In this document: positions 1 through 9,400 of the stretch, one piece after another
How positions within the stretch are numbered: position 1 is the stretch's first letter
Layout of the letters: every line of letters begins with the position of its first letter
Source of the DNA: Verrucomicrobiales bacterium
GTDB lineage: Bacteria; Verrucomicrobiota; Verrucomicrobiia; Verrucomicrobiales; V1-33
Direction: 5' to 3'
Assembly (NCBI GenBank): GCA_031411295.1
Contig: JANOAV010000105.1
Span: forward strand, 5,013-69,012
Length of the DNA: 64,000 bases
Position numbers and translations under genes: made by a program
The notes under the pieces: model-generated
What the model was told of the DNA's origin: nothing
What the model saw: the letters and a program-made list of their open reading frames with translations, nothing else
Database searches by the model: none

Positions 1-51
1 GGTAGTGAGGGTGAGCGCCAAGCTGCACCAGCGGAATAGTTGCTTCATCAT
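1..51 (-). CDS. 5' end of a probable secreted protein running off the window start (partial)
   Basis: Manual translation gives MMKQLFRWCSLALTLTT..., which resembles a signal peptide. It is divergent from the kinase gene. Only 17 codons are visible. Confidence 0.4.
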   Translation of the reverse strand, partial: MMKQLFRWCSLALTLTT

Positions 52-116
52 GGGGGGATGTTGCGCTGGTTGATGGGGGCGCGTCAATTACCTATTCAGG
101 GTGCCAAGGCGGATTT

Positions 117-198
117 GAACAGAAGTTAGGAAGGAGTTGAAGTAATGCCGCCAAACCGCCAAGGCAAATCTTCTGTCTTTCCTTCCTATCTTCTGTTC
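117..198. repeat. Intergenic inverted repeat with purine-rich and pyrimidine-rich arms
   Basis: GAACAGAAGTTAGGAAGGA (117-135) matches the reverse complement of TCCTTCCTATCTTCTGTTC (180-198) at 18 of 19 positions. Confidence 0.8.
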
Positions 199-243
199 CA
201 AAACCCTCATCCACCGCTCCGGTAAGCATGGCAATCTGGGGAG

Positions 244-2301
244 TTGAAATTTTTTCGGCACGGATTAACTGACAGGATGCGCAAGTTGATTACATACGGT
301 GGTTGGGCAATCGGAGGGCTGATCCTTGGGGTTTCCCCAGTCAGGGCCTTGGAGCCGGATGGTCCATTGGATCGCTTGGTGAGTTATTTCAGCCATGATT
401 TGAAATCACTCGACGAGGAGATGGCGCAGTTGAAGCAATTATCCAATGTCACGCCGCTGCCCGATCAGCAGACCCAGCATTTGGGCTACAGCTCGATGTT
501 TTCCTCCAACGTCAATGCCCGCTATGTTACGATTGATTTGGGACGACCCGTCAATATTGATCGAATCGTGCTCGTGCCCATGGATAGCCGGTTCTACGGC
601 TGGCCCGGGCCTGGCTACGGCTTCCCGGCGCGCTATCGAGTAGAAGTGGCCTCGAATCCGGATTTCACCAATGCCGAACTAATTGCGAAGGATGATGGGA
701 TTGATATCCCCAACCCCGGATCCAACCCAGTAGTCTATACTCCCTCCACTTCAGGGCAGTATGTGCGGGTCTGGGTCACCAAACCATGGCAGCGGAAGAG
801 CAAGTCCGGCAGTGAGCTGGTGGGGGCGCAGGTTTTTGCGTTAGGCGAATTGATGGTGCTACGGGGCAACGTGAATTTGGCGGCGGGTTTGCCGGCCAAG
901 AATATCGATGTCACCCCCGCCCCCACCGCCGGTGGTGGTCGAGACTCCCCCGAGGACAAGAATCTCAAGGCGGCCTATCTCGTCGATGGTCAAAGCATCC
1001 TGGGCCCGCCCGTGATAGGAGAACCGGGGACCAAGGGCGTCATGACCAAGCCAGTGGAAAAGAAGGAGGCGTCTGCCTGGATTCAGGTGGACTTGGAGAA
1101 CGTCGTCTCGATTGAGGAAATCCGGCTGTTCCCGGCGTGGAATCCTGATGAACCACGAACCCAAGGCTATGGCTTTCCGAGTGCTTTCAAGGTGGAGATT
1201 TCCGACTATCCGAACATGGAGGGCGCTAAACTCGTGGGCACTTATAACGATCCTGTCTCGCCCAACTCCAATCCCGTGACGATTCGAGGCAATGAGTTGG
1301 AGGGGCGTTATGTTCGGCTGACTGCGACCAACTTGGCGAGTATCAGCAAAAACACTTACGCATTGGCAATGGGGGAAATGGAAATTTACTCAGATGTCGA
1401 AAATTTCGCCCTGAACAAGCCAGTGACGGCGTCCAGCCTAACCACGGAAGCTAGTTGGAACCCCAAGTATCTGGTGGATGGGACGACCAGTCAGGGCCAC
1501 TTGGTGCCCTGGCCTGAGTGGTTCGATCTGCTGGAAAAAAGCAAAGATGCGCAGGAGAAAATGGAGCGATTAAGACAGGAACGTGAAGTGAAGTCCAAAG
1601 GAGCCGTGGAGACGGTGATTCGCACTTCGGGCTACGTGATTGGTGGATTCACGCTTCTGTTCGTCTATCTGAGTTTCCGCTCCCTGCTCAAGAAACGCCG
1701 GGTCGTGGAGGAATTGAGATCGCGCATTGCGCGGGATATCCATGACGAAATCGGGAGTGGCATGGGAACTATTTCCCTGCTGAGCCGGATGGCGCAGGAT
1801 GGGGATTGGGAGGATGCCAAGGAAGATCTGCGGGAGATCAATCGGCTCTCCATGGCCATGGCCGAATCGGTGCGGGACATCGTGTGGTTCAATCGCACCG
1901 ACGTGGATACGGTGCGTGATTTGCTGATGAAAATGCGCGAGACGGCGGAGTCGATGCTGGGCAAGCAAATGGAGATCCATTTTCAAACGCTGGGAGCCGA
2001 GTTAGTGCGTCCGATGAATTCCGAGGTGCGGCGGGAAATCTTTCTGATTTACCGGGAGGCGCTGCATAACATTTTGAAGCATGCGCAAGCCAACAAGGTG
2101 GAAATCCGCGCTGGGTTGGAGGGTGGGGAATTCGTGTTGGGAATGCGGGATGACGGCAAGGGTTTCGATCTTACACGGGAAAAATCAGGAGCAGGGATGG
2201 GCAGCATGAAGAAACGTGCCGAAAGCCTCAAGGGGGCCTTGCAGGTGGAAACATCCCCCGGCGGAGGCACGAATCTGGTGCTCCGCGCGCGGCTCAAATG
2301 A
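244..2301 (+). CDS. Membrane sensor histidine kinase (HisKA_3/NarX-like) with extracytoplasmic discoidin (F5/8 type C)-like domains; true start may be ATG 277
   Basis: Signal peptide; repeated 'VTIDLG..IDRIVLVP..GYGFP' and 'WIQVDL..IEEIRLFP..GYGFP' discoidin-like units; TM helix; H box RIARDIHDEIG; N box EALHNILKHA; DDGKGF; GAGMGSMKKRA. Confidence 0.9.
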   Translation: MKFFRHGLTDRMRKLITYGGWAIGGLILGVSPVRALEPDGPLDRLVSYFSHDLKSLDEEMAQLKQLSNVTPLPDQQTQHLGYSSMFSSNVNARYVTIDLGRPVNIDRIVLVPMDSRFYGWPGPGYGFPARYRVEVASNPDFTNAELIAKDDGIDIPNPGSNPVVYTPSTSGQYVRVWVTKPWQRKSKSGSELVGAQVFALGELMVLRGNVNLAAGLPAKNIDVTPAPTAGGGRDSPEDKNLKAAYLVDGQSILGPPVIGEPGTKGVMTKPVEKKEASAWIQVDLENVVSIEEIRLFPAWNPDEPRTQGYGFPSAFKVEISDYPNMEGAKLVGTYNDPVSPNSNPVTIRGNELEGRYVRLTATNLASISKNTYALAMGEMEIYSDVENFALNKPVTASSLTTEASWNPKYLVDGTTSQGHLVPWPEWFDLLEKSKDAQEKMERLRQEREVKSKGAVETVIRTSGYVIGGFTLLFVYLSFRSLLKKRRVVEELRSRIARDIHDEIGSGMGTISLLSRMAQDGDWEDAKEDLREINRLSMAMAESVRDIVWFNRTDVDTVRDLLMKMRETAESMLGKQMEIHFQTLGAELVRPMNSEVRREIFLIYREALHNILKHAQANKVEIRAGLEGGEFVLGMRDDGKGFDLTREKSGAGMGSMKKRAESLKGALQVETSPGGGTNLVLRARLK

Positions 2302-2383
2302 GGCATTGGCGAAGTGCACCGGATGGGGCAGAAGCCCGCGTTTCTTTTTACTGGGAGTGGCGTGACTCTGTCCGCCATTTGCA

Positions 2384-3796
2384 CTAACAGTCAGTGCGGC
2401 CTGATTGCCTGGCGCGGAAATATCCGTAGAGCGGCAATCCCAATGCCACCAGGCCAAGTCCCACAAGGGATTCCACGGGTTTGGTATAAAGCGTATTGCC
2501 AATCAACCACAAGGCGACAAGCATGAACACCGACGGCACGACGGGGTAGCCCAGCGTTCGATAGGGCCGCGGAGCATTGGGCATTTTCCGCCGCAGCACG
2601 AAGACGGCTGAGGTCACGCAGGCGTAGAAGATCCAGGAGGCAAACAACAGGCAATCCGTGAGTTGATCGAACGTGCCTGACAGCGCCAACAAGGAGGCCC
2701 AGAGCCCCTGAAGGATCAGCGCTATGACCGGCACATGGCTGGACGCGTGCAAGCGCCCCAGGCTGGGGAAAAACATTCCTTGGCGGGCCATGGCATAGGG
2801 CACGCGGGCGTTGGACAGAATGGATCCATTCAACGCCCCGAACGCCGAAACGACAAAGATCATGGAAACGAAGCGGCCGCCGAAGTCTCCCAAGAAGGTC
2901 TGCGCAGCCTTGGCCGCTACGGGCAAAGCGTCCCGGTGCGCGGTGGAATTGCTGCTGACGATTTCCTGAAACGGCAGGGCGTAAAAATAGGCGAGGTTTA
3001 ATAAGCAGTAGAGTCCCATGACTGCCACCATGCCGAAGATCAAGGCGCGGGGAATATTGCGTCCAGGGTTGCTGACTTCCCCGGCCGCCATGGGCATGTT
3101 ATTCCAACCGTCATACCCCCACAACGCAGCCAGCATGGCCGTGCCGAACAAGGATAATCCACTCCACTGCGGCGTGTGGTCCGGAGTTGCCAGGTGCGTC
3201 CAGGTGGCCTGATGGGAGGCAAAGAAAACGCCAAAAATAATGAATCCCATCCCGGCCAGCTTCAGCGCTGTGAGGATGGTCTGCACTTTCCCGCCCAAAG
3301 CCACGTGGCAGCAATTCAGTGCTGTGAGCAGGACGATCACGCTGACCGCCACCACTTGTTTGATGCCTAACTGCCAGTGAAATGGCTGCCCCCAGACGGT
3401 GAAATCATGCGTTAGCCAAACGGCATCCAGCGGCAGAAAACTGGCCAGAAAGATCGCGAAGCCAGCGCCCAGGCTGGCAATGGATGCGCTCCCGGCCACA
3501 ATGAAACGTTGCCAACCGAACAAGAATGCCGCCCCTTCACCATAGGCCCGGCGCAGGTAAACATACTCGCCTCCCGCTTCCGGCATCATGGCTCCGAGTT
3601 CGGCGTAAGTTAGTGCGCCGGCCAGCGAGAGCAGACCTGCGGCCACCCAAGCGGCCAGCACCAGCAGGGGGGAGCCCACACTCTGGGCCATGGGGGCGGC
3701 CTTGAGAAATATGCCCGTGCCGATGACGGTGCCCATGACCAGGGCGGTGGTGGCAGAGAGATTCAGACCGCGAATGAGCTTGGGGGAAATGGCCAT
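2384..3796 (-). CDS. APC-family amino acid permease
   Basis: GTVIGTGIF, YAELGAMMPEAGGEYVYL and YDGWNN..AGEV.NPGRNIPRA motifs; about 12 hydrophobic segments. Confidence 0.92.
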   Translation of the reverse strand: MAISPKLIRGLNLSATTALVMGTVIGTGIFLKAAPMAQSVGSPLLVLAAWVAAGLLSLAGALTYAELGAMMPEAGGEYVYLRRAYGEGAAFLFGWQRFIVAGSASIASLGAGFAIFLASFLPLDAVWLTHDFTVWGQPFHWQLGIKQVVAVSVIVLLTALNCCHVALGGKVQTILTALKLAGMGFIIFGVFFASHQATWTHLATPDHTPQWSGLSLFGTAMLAALWGYDGWNNMPMAAGEVSNPGRNIPRALIFGMVAVMGLYCLLNLAYFYALPFQEIVSSNSTAHRDALPVAAKAAQTFLGDFGGRFVSMIFVVSAFGALNGSILSNARVPYAMARQGMFFPSLGRLHASSHVPVIALILQGLWASLLALSGTFDQLTDCLLFASWIFYACVTSAVFVLRRKMPNAPRPYRTLGYPVVPSVFMLVALWLIGNTLYTKPVESLVGLGLVALGLPLYGYFRARQSGRTDC

Positions 3797-3835
3797 AGAC
3801 GCGGTAGAGGGTAGGGTGGGGGAGGGGAGCGTGGG

Positions 3836-6154
3836 TCAGAGCAAGCCGTCCTGACCAATGATTTGCACTTCGGTCTCCATCACGATGCCGCGTTCGTCGC
3901 GCGCTTCCTTTTTGATGTGATCAATCAGTTCCAAGACATCCTTGGCGGTGGCTCCGCCTTCGTTGGTGATGAAGTTGCCGTGGATTACCGAAACTTTGGC
4001 GCTGCCCACGGCGCGATCTTTATAGCCGAGTTCCTGCACCAATTTCCCGGCCGGGATTTCGCTGGGGTTCTTGAAAATGCAGCCGGCGCTGGCGGCAATC
4101 GGTTGTCCGGTGCGACGCTTCTGTTTGGATTCCTCCAACTTCGCATCGATCTCCGCCAAGACGGTATTGGGGCTGCCATGGAGCACGGCGGAGACGGTGT
4201 AATTCGTGGTGAATTGCGGCACGCTGCGGTAGTTGGCCTCAATCTCGCTGCGCGGCCGGGTATGAATCTCGCCAGCGGAATCCAGATAAGTGACGCTGAC
4301 AATTTGGTCGAACGTTTCCACGCCCATGGCTCCGGCATTCATGCGCACGCTGCCGCCGAGGTTGCCGGGGATGCCTTCCATCCATTCGAATCCGCCCAAG
4401 CGAGCTTCCCGGGCGGCCGAAGCGATTTTCTTCAGCCGTGCGCCCGCGCCACAAATCAGGTTGTTACCTTCCACGCGCACTTCATCAAACTCACCCTTGC
4501 TAGGGTGGATGACCACCCCACGAATGCCGCCATCGCGCACGAGTAAATTCGAGCCGCGTCCCACCACGCGGATCGGCAGTCCCTGTTCCCGACAATGTTT
4601 CACTAAGCGGCTGAAACCAGCCACGGTGCGCGGTTCCACCCAGTATTGCGCGGGCCCGCCAATCAGAATGGTGGTGTGGCGGCTCATGGGTTCGTAAAGT
4701 TTCAAGGGGCCAGGATCCTCACCCAGAGCCGATTGGAGGCCTTCCGCGGTTTGGATATCGTCTACCAGGCGGGCCCCAATTTCATGCACGTTGCCGGCCC
4801 CCAGGGTGATGAGGAGATCTCCCTGACGGAGGAAGTTCCCCACCGCTTGATGCACCGTTTCGCGCTGCGGGGTGTAAAACGTCTTCACCCGATCTCCCTC
4901 CACGGCATTGATTTCATCCACCACGGTCTGTCCGGAAATGCCGGGGATGGGAGTTTCGCTGGCGGCATAGACATCCAGCACGAAGACCGCGTCCGCATGA
5001 TGGAAGGCCTGACCGAATTCTTTGCGGAGCAGTTGGGTGCGGGTGTAGCGATGGGGTTGGAAGACACAGATCACGCGGCCCCGACCCTGGCCGGTGGCGA
5101 AGTTTCGCGCGGTCGCCAGGGTAGCGGCAATTTCCGTGGGGTGGTGACCGTAGTCATCGACCACGGTGAAATGGAGCGATTTCAACTTCACCTCGAAGCG
5201 ACGTTTCGCACCCCGGAAGGTGCCCAGCGCCCAGGTGATACGATCGAAGGGCACACCCAGGTCCGTCGCTAGAGCGATCACTGCCAACGCGTTCAAAACG
5301 TTATGGCGGCCAGGGATATTGAGGATCATTTGTCCCAGCGGTTGGCCATGTTTGAGCACGATGAACTCGGTGCTCTGGCCCAATGAAGTTACTTCCACGG
5401 CGGCGTAATCCAGCGCGGGCTCCCAGCCATAGGAAACGCTGCGTTCCCTGCGGGAGCAGACATCGTGAGCCCCGGGATCACTTCCGCAGTAATAGACGGA
5501 ACCCTTGGTCTGCTCCAACAGCTTGGTGAAGGTGGCCTTGATTTCTTCCAGATTTTTATAGTGATCCAGATGCTCCTCTTCGACATTTAGGAGGATGACA
5601 TGCTGCGGATGAAATAGGGCGATGGTGCCATCGCTCTCATCTCCTTCGGCCACGAAATGGTCCCCTTCCTGATCCCAGAACGCGTTGGTGCCTAACAGGG
5701 GGATTTCCGCCCCGACGTAGTGACTCGGATGCAGGTCCCCAGCCCGCAGCACGTGGGCACACATGCTGGAGGTGGTGGTTTTGCCGTGCATGCCGCCGAC
5801 GACGATGCCTTGTTTGCGCTGCATGATGGCGGCCAGGGCTTCGGCCCGTCGGAAGAGTGGAATGCCCGCAGCCACGGCAGCATCATAGGCAACATTTCCG
5901 GGCTTAATGGCCGAGGAGTAAATCACCAATCCCGCTCCCGCCACGCTCTCTGCGGTGTGGGGACAAAAGAACTCCAAGCCGCGTTGCTGCAGTCGTTCGG
6001 TCTCAGTGGTAGTCGCTTTATCAGAGCCGGAGACTTGATACCCGAGTTCGATGAGGAGGGCGGCAATGCCGCTCATGCCACTTCCGGCCACGCCAATGAG
6101 GTGGATGCGGGAGGAGGAATCGGCAAGGTCGAATAAGCTGGAGTTGTGGGGCAT
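3836..6154 (-). CDS. murC-murB: Fused UDP-N-acetylmuramate--L-alanine ligase (MurC, N-terminal) and UDP-N-acetylenolpyruvoylglucosamine reductase (MurB, C-terminal)
   Basis: MurC motifs HLIGVAGSGMSG, GMHGKTTT, AEGDESD, DDYGHHPTEI, FQPHRYTRT. MurB motifs GRGSNLLV, GIPGNLGG..RMNAGA, SAGCIFKNP, HGNFI. One uninterrupted 772-aa ORF. Confidence 0.95.
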   Translation of the reverse strand: MPHNSSLFDLADSSSRIHLIGVAGSGMSGIAALLIELGYQVSGSDKATTTETERLQQRGLEFFCPHTAESVAGAGLVIYSSAIKPGNVAYDAAVAAGIPLFRRAEALAAIMQRKQGIVVGGMHGKTTTSSMCAHVLRAGDLHPSHYVGAEIPLLGTNAFWDQEGDHFVAEGDESDGTIALFHPQHVILLNVEEEHLDHYKNLEEIKATFTKLLEQTKGSVYYCGSDPGAHDVCSRRERSVSYGWEPALDYAAVEVTSLGQSTEFIVLKHGQPLGQMILNIPGRHNVLNALAVIALATDLGVPFDRITWALGTFRGAKRRFEVKLKSLHFTVVDDYGHHPTEIAATLATARNFATGQGRGRVICVFQPHRYTRTQLLRKEFGQAFHHADAVFVLDVYAASETPIPGISGQTVVDEINAVEGDRVKTFYTPQRETVHQAVGNFLRQGDLLITLGAGNVHEIGARLVDDIQTAEGLQSALGEDPGPLKLYEPMSRHTTILIGGPAQYWVEPRTVAGFSRLVKHCREQGLPIRVVGRGSNLLVRDGGIRGVVIHPSKGEFDEVRVEGNNLICGAGARLKKIASAAREARLGGFEWMEGIPGNLGGSVRMNAGAMGVETFDQIVSVTYLDSAGEIHTRPRSEIEANYRSVPQFTTNYTVSAVLHGSPNTVLAEIDAKLEESKQKRRTGQPIAASAGCIFKNPSEIPAGKLVQELGYKDRAVGSAKVSVIHGNFITNEGGATAKDVLELIDHIKKEARDERGIVMETEVQIIGQDGLL

Positions 6155-6419
6155 ACGGGAAAATGAAAAAGGGCGGTCACATCCTACTCCGTCAGTTCAC
6201 CACGCAAGCGGGAGGTGGAGGAAATCATGGATGGCATGGCTGCGTGATCCCAAGCCAAGTGAGTCGCGCGTAGGGAAATCCCCTAAATGCGCACTAGTAA
6301 TAAGAATTAGATGGTCAGTTGGTGATTAATTTTTTATAAAGGGCTCGTTATCAAATTAATCCTCCGCCTCTGGTTTCCCTGCCAAGGTGCCATCGTAGTA
6401 TCTTCCCCCCCTTTGCTCT

Positions 6420-9400
6420 ATGAAAAATCCCCTTTTTCGTCTGGTGCCCAGCCTGTGTGGCTCGGCGTTGTTACTGGCTTCCTCTGCTGAAGCGAAGTTG
6501 CTTGGTTACTGGAATTTCGATGGTCCGTCTTCGACTTCGACTTCGGATCGTTTGAAGGATAAATCTGGCAATGGCTATCATGGTCGGGATCCGAATTATG
6601 GTGGGGGCACGGGGGTGAATCGCGTGTTCTTTAATGCGGTGGACGTGCCGCGGGCCCCGTATTTGGTGCCGCCCGGGAATACGAATTACTGCTTAGACCT
6701 GACGGGAAATAGCACGGCGGGCACGGAAAATAATCGCTATGTGGTGATTGAGCCTGATGCAGCTGGGGATGGCAGCGGGACGACCGCAGCTGCGGGGGCG
6801 GTTGACTCGACGGGGAATGCGTTTAACCTTGGAAATACCACAGGGACGTCCGTGGCGGCCACGGGGTTTCGGTTCACGGTGGCTTTCTGGTATAAGGGAA
6901 ATGCGGTGCAGACATATTCTAACTATGTTTCCAAGGGCGGGGAGGCTTACGGGAATGCCGGTAAGGCTTTTGAAGGTTGGGCGGTGCGTAAAAATAACAC
7001 AAATGTGCGCATGGATTGGGTGACGCGCGGCAGTTGGGCGAACACTGGGGACTTGGATGGTGGCGCGGATTATAATAATCGCAGCGGCGGCACGCTGGCG
7101 GCTCCTTCGCTCAATGGCGTGGTAGTGGCAGTGGGTAATGTGGCCAACAATACGATTGGAAATATCACGGACAATTTGGCGGCTGGCACTTGGCAGCATG
7201 CCTGTATGGTTTGGGATGGCACGCGGAAGCACATGTATATCAACGGCTTCCATAATAAATCGGAAACCATTGCTGGTGCCACTTACATCGGGACGACGGC
7301 TAAGTTAGTCTTCGGGGTGGATTATACTACGGCCAATGCAGTTAATGTGCTGAAGTTCTCCCGCACGCGGATGGATGAAATTTGTATTTATGATGAAGCG
7401 CTGACGCCTGGGCAGGTCGAAGATTTGGCACGGGGAGCCAGTCCGCTGACTCCGCTGCGCACACAATGGCGTCCATTCGATTTCGCCATGCCTACTGCGA
7501 ATCCTAACTTGGTGCCTTACAACAGCGCGTATCCACCAGCCTATGCTGCGGGAAATTTGTCTCCGACGGGAGCCGCCTATCCACTGAGCACCGGTGGTTT
7601 GCCCGCCAATGCCTTGGATGGGAATTTGGCGACGGCTTACATTAATTTGAAGGGCGTTTACAGCGGGTTGATGACGACTTTGCCTGCCACGAACATTGTG
7701 AAGAGTTTCACGATTACCACGGCGGCGGCTAATCCAGAGCGGGATCCTGCAACGTATGAACTGTGGGGCACGGCATCTGCGTTAACGAGCGCAGACAACA
7801 GTGGTGGCCGGGCGGAGGCGTGGACGTTGATTCAGTCCGGCGCGTTGGGTTTACCTGCGACCCGTGGGACCACTGTGACGATTCCGGTTACGAACTCGAC
7901 GACGTATTTGAATTACAAGATCGTGTTCCCGACCCTAACTGGGGCGACGGAAAAGACGATGCAGATTGCGGAAATCCAATATTTTACGAGCACGGACGGC
8001 ACGGGAGTAGGGTTGCTCTTGCCAGCCAGTGTGGCCCGGGCGATTGCTGAGCCAACGATTTCCAATGGCCAATCCTGGCATCAGGGGGCGGAGCAGGTGG
8101 CCAAGGTGATTGATGGCGTTACCACGACGAAATATTTAAATACTGCCGGAGCGGGCACTGGTTTCATTGTCACACCTGCGGCGGCTTCGGTGGTGCAAAG
8201 CTTCCGCGCCACGACCGCCAATGATACTCCGGGACGGGATCCCACGTTCTATGCCATCTACGGCACGAATGATACCATCAAGAGCCTGAATAACACAGAC
8301 GGTAAAGCGGAAAACTGGACGCTGATTCAACAAGGCCGCTTAACCATGCCGTTCGCTCGGACGACGTTGGGACCGGTGGTGACGCTGACAAATTCCACCA
8401 GTTACACCTCCTACAAAGTGGTCTTCCCGATGAACGGGGGCGAGGTGCTGTTCCAGTTAGCGGAATTCCAACTTTACCCCACCACAGATGCCACGGGCGC
8501 TGGGGTGCTGGCACCGGCAAATCCCATCCTGGGGGTGGCGGAAAATTACATGGGACCTTTGTCTGTGGCCAGCTTCTATGCAGGCTACACGGGCGGGCCG
8601 TTGATGCCGCAGGGCGGGCCAGGTTACATGGGGATCTTCGAACAGCGCGCCAACGGCAATCTGCGTCGGCCAGATGGATCTTCTTCGGGCAATGCTAATG
8701 TTTACACAGGGGATAGCCCTATCATGTATGCGCGGTGGGGGTCCTTGAATGCTCCGAGCTACACGCCGGGAATTATCAACTATCCCATTGTGCGTGGCAC
8801 CACCACGTCCATCAACTTTGGTGATGACAATTCGAGTATCGCCACGGGCTATGATGGTGCGCAAAATGAATTCCTAACGAGTTCGATTCCCGCCGCCCAG
8901 GATAATATGGTGCAAATGATTCAGGGCTGTTTCCGGGTGACGACTCCGGGGAAATATACGTTTACCTTGCGAGGTGATGACGGGGCTGATTTGGCCATTG
9001 CCGGGGCTACGTGGCTGTCGATGACTGCTGGTAATAACTTTGGTTCCATCGTGGGAGACACGCTGCAAAATCACATGACGACGGGGGACACCAATAATGT
9101 GGCGGTGGTGAATTTCCCGACGGCGGGGGACTATAATTTCCGCTACTCCTATAGTGAAGCGACGGGCGGCGCCTTCAATGAAGTGCTCTACGCTCAGGGG
9201 GAATTCGTGGCTTATGATGCGGTCGCCTTCAAACAACTCGGGGATCCTGCGGGCGGCCTGAGCCTGGTGGATCACACGCCAATGATGGACATCCGCAGCA
9301 CTGTGCTCTTGGTCACGGGCGGGGTTCCAGCCACGCAGACGCTAACATGGGATGCTGGCTATGCCACGAATGTGAAGATCAACGGTGGTGCTTTCGCCAA

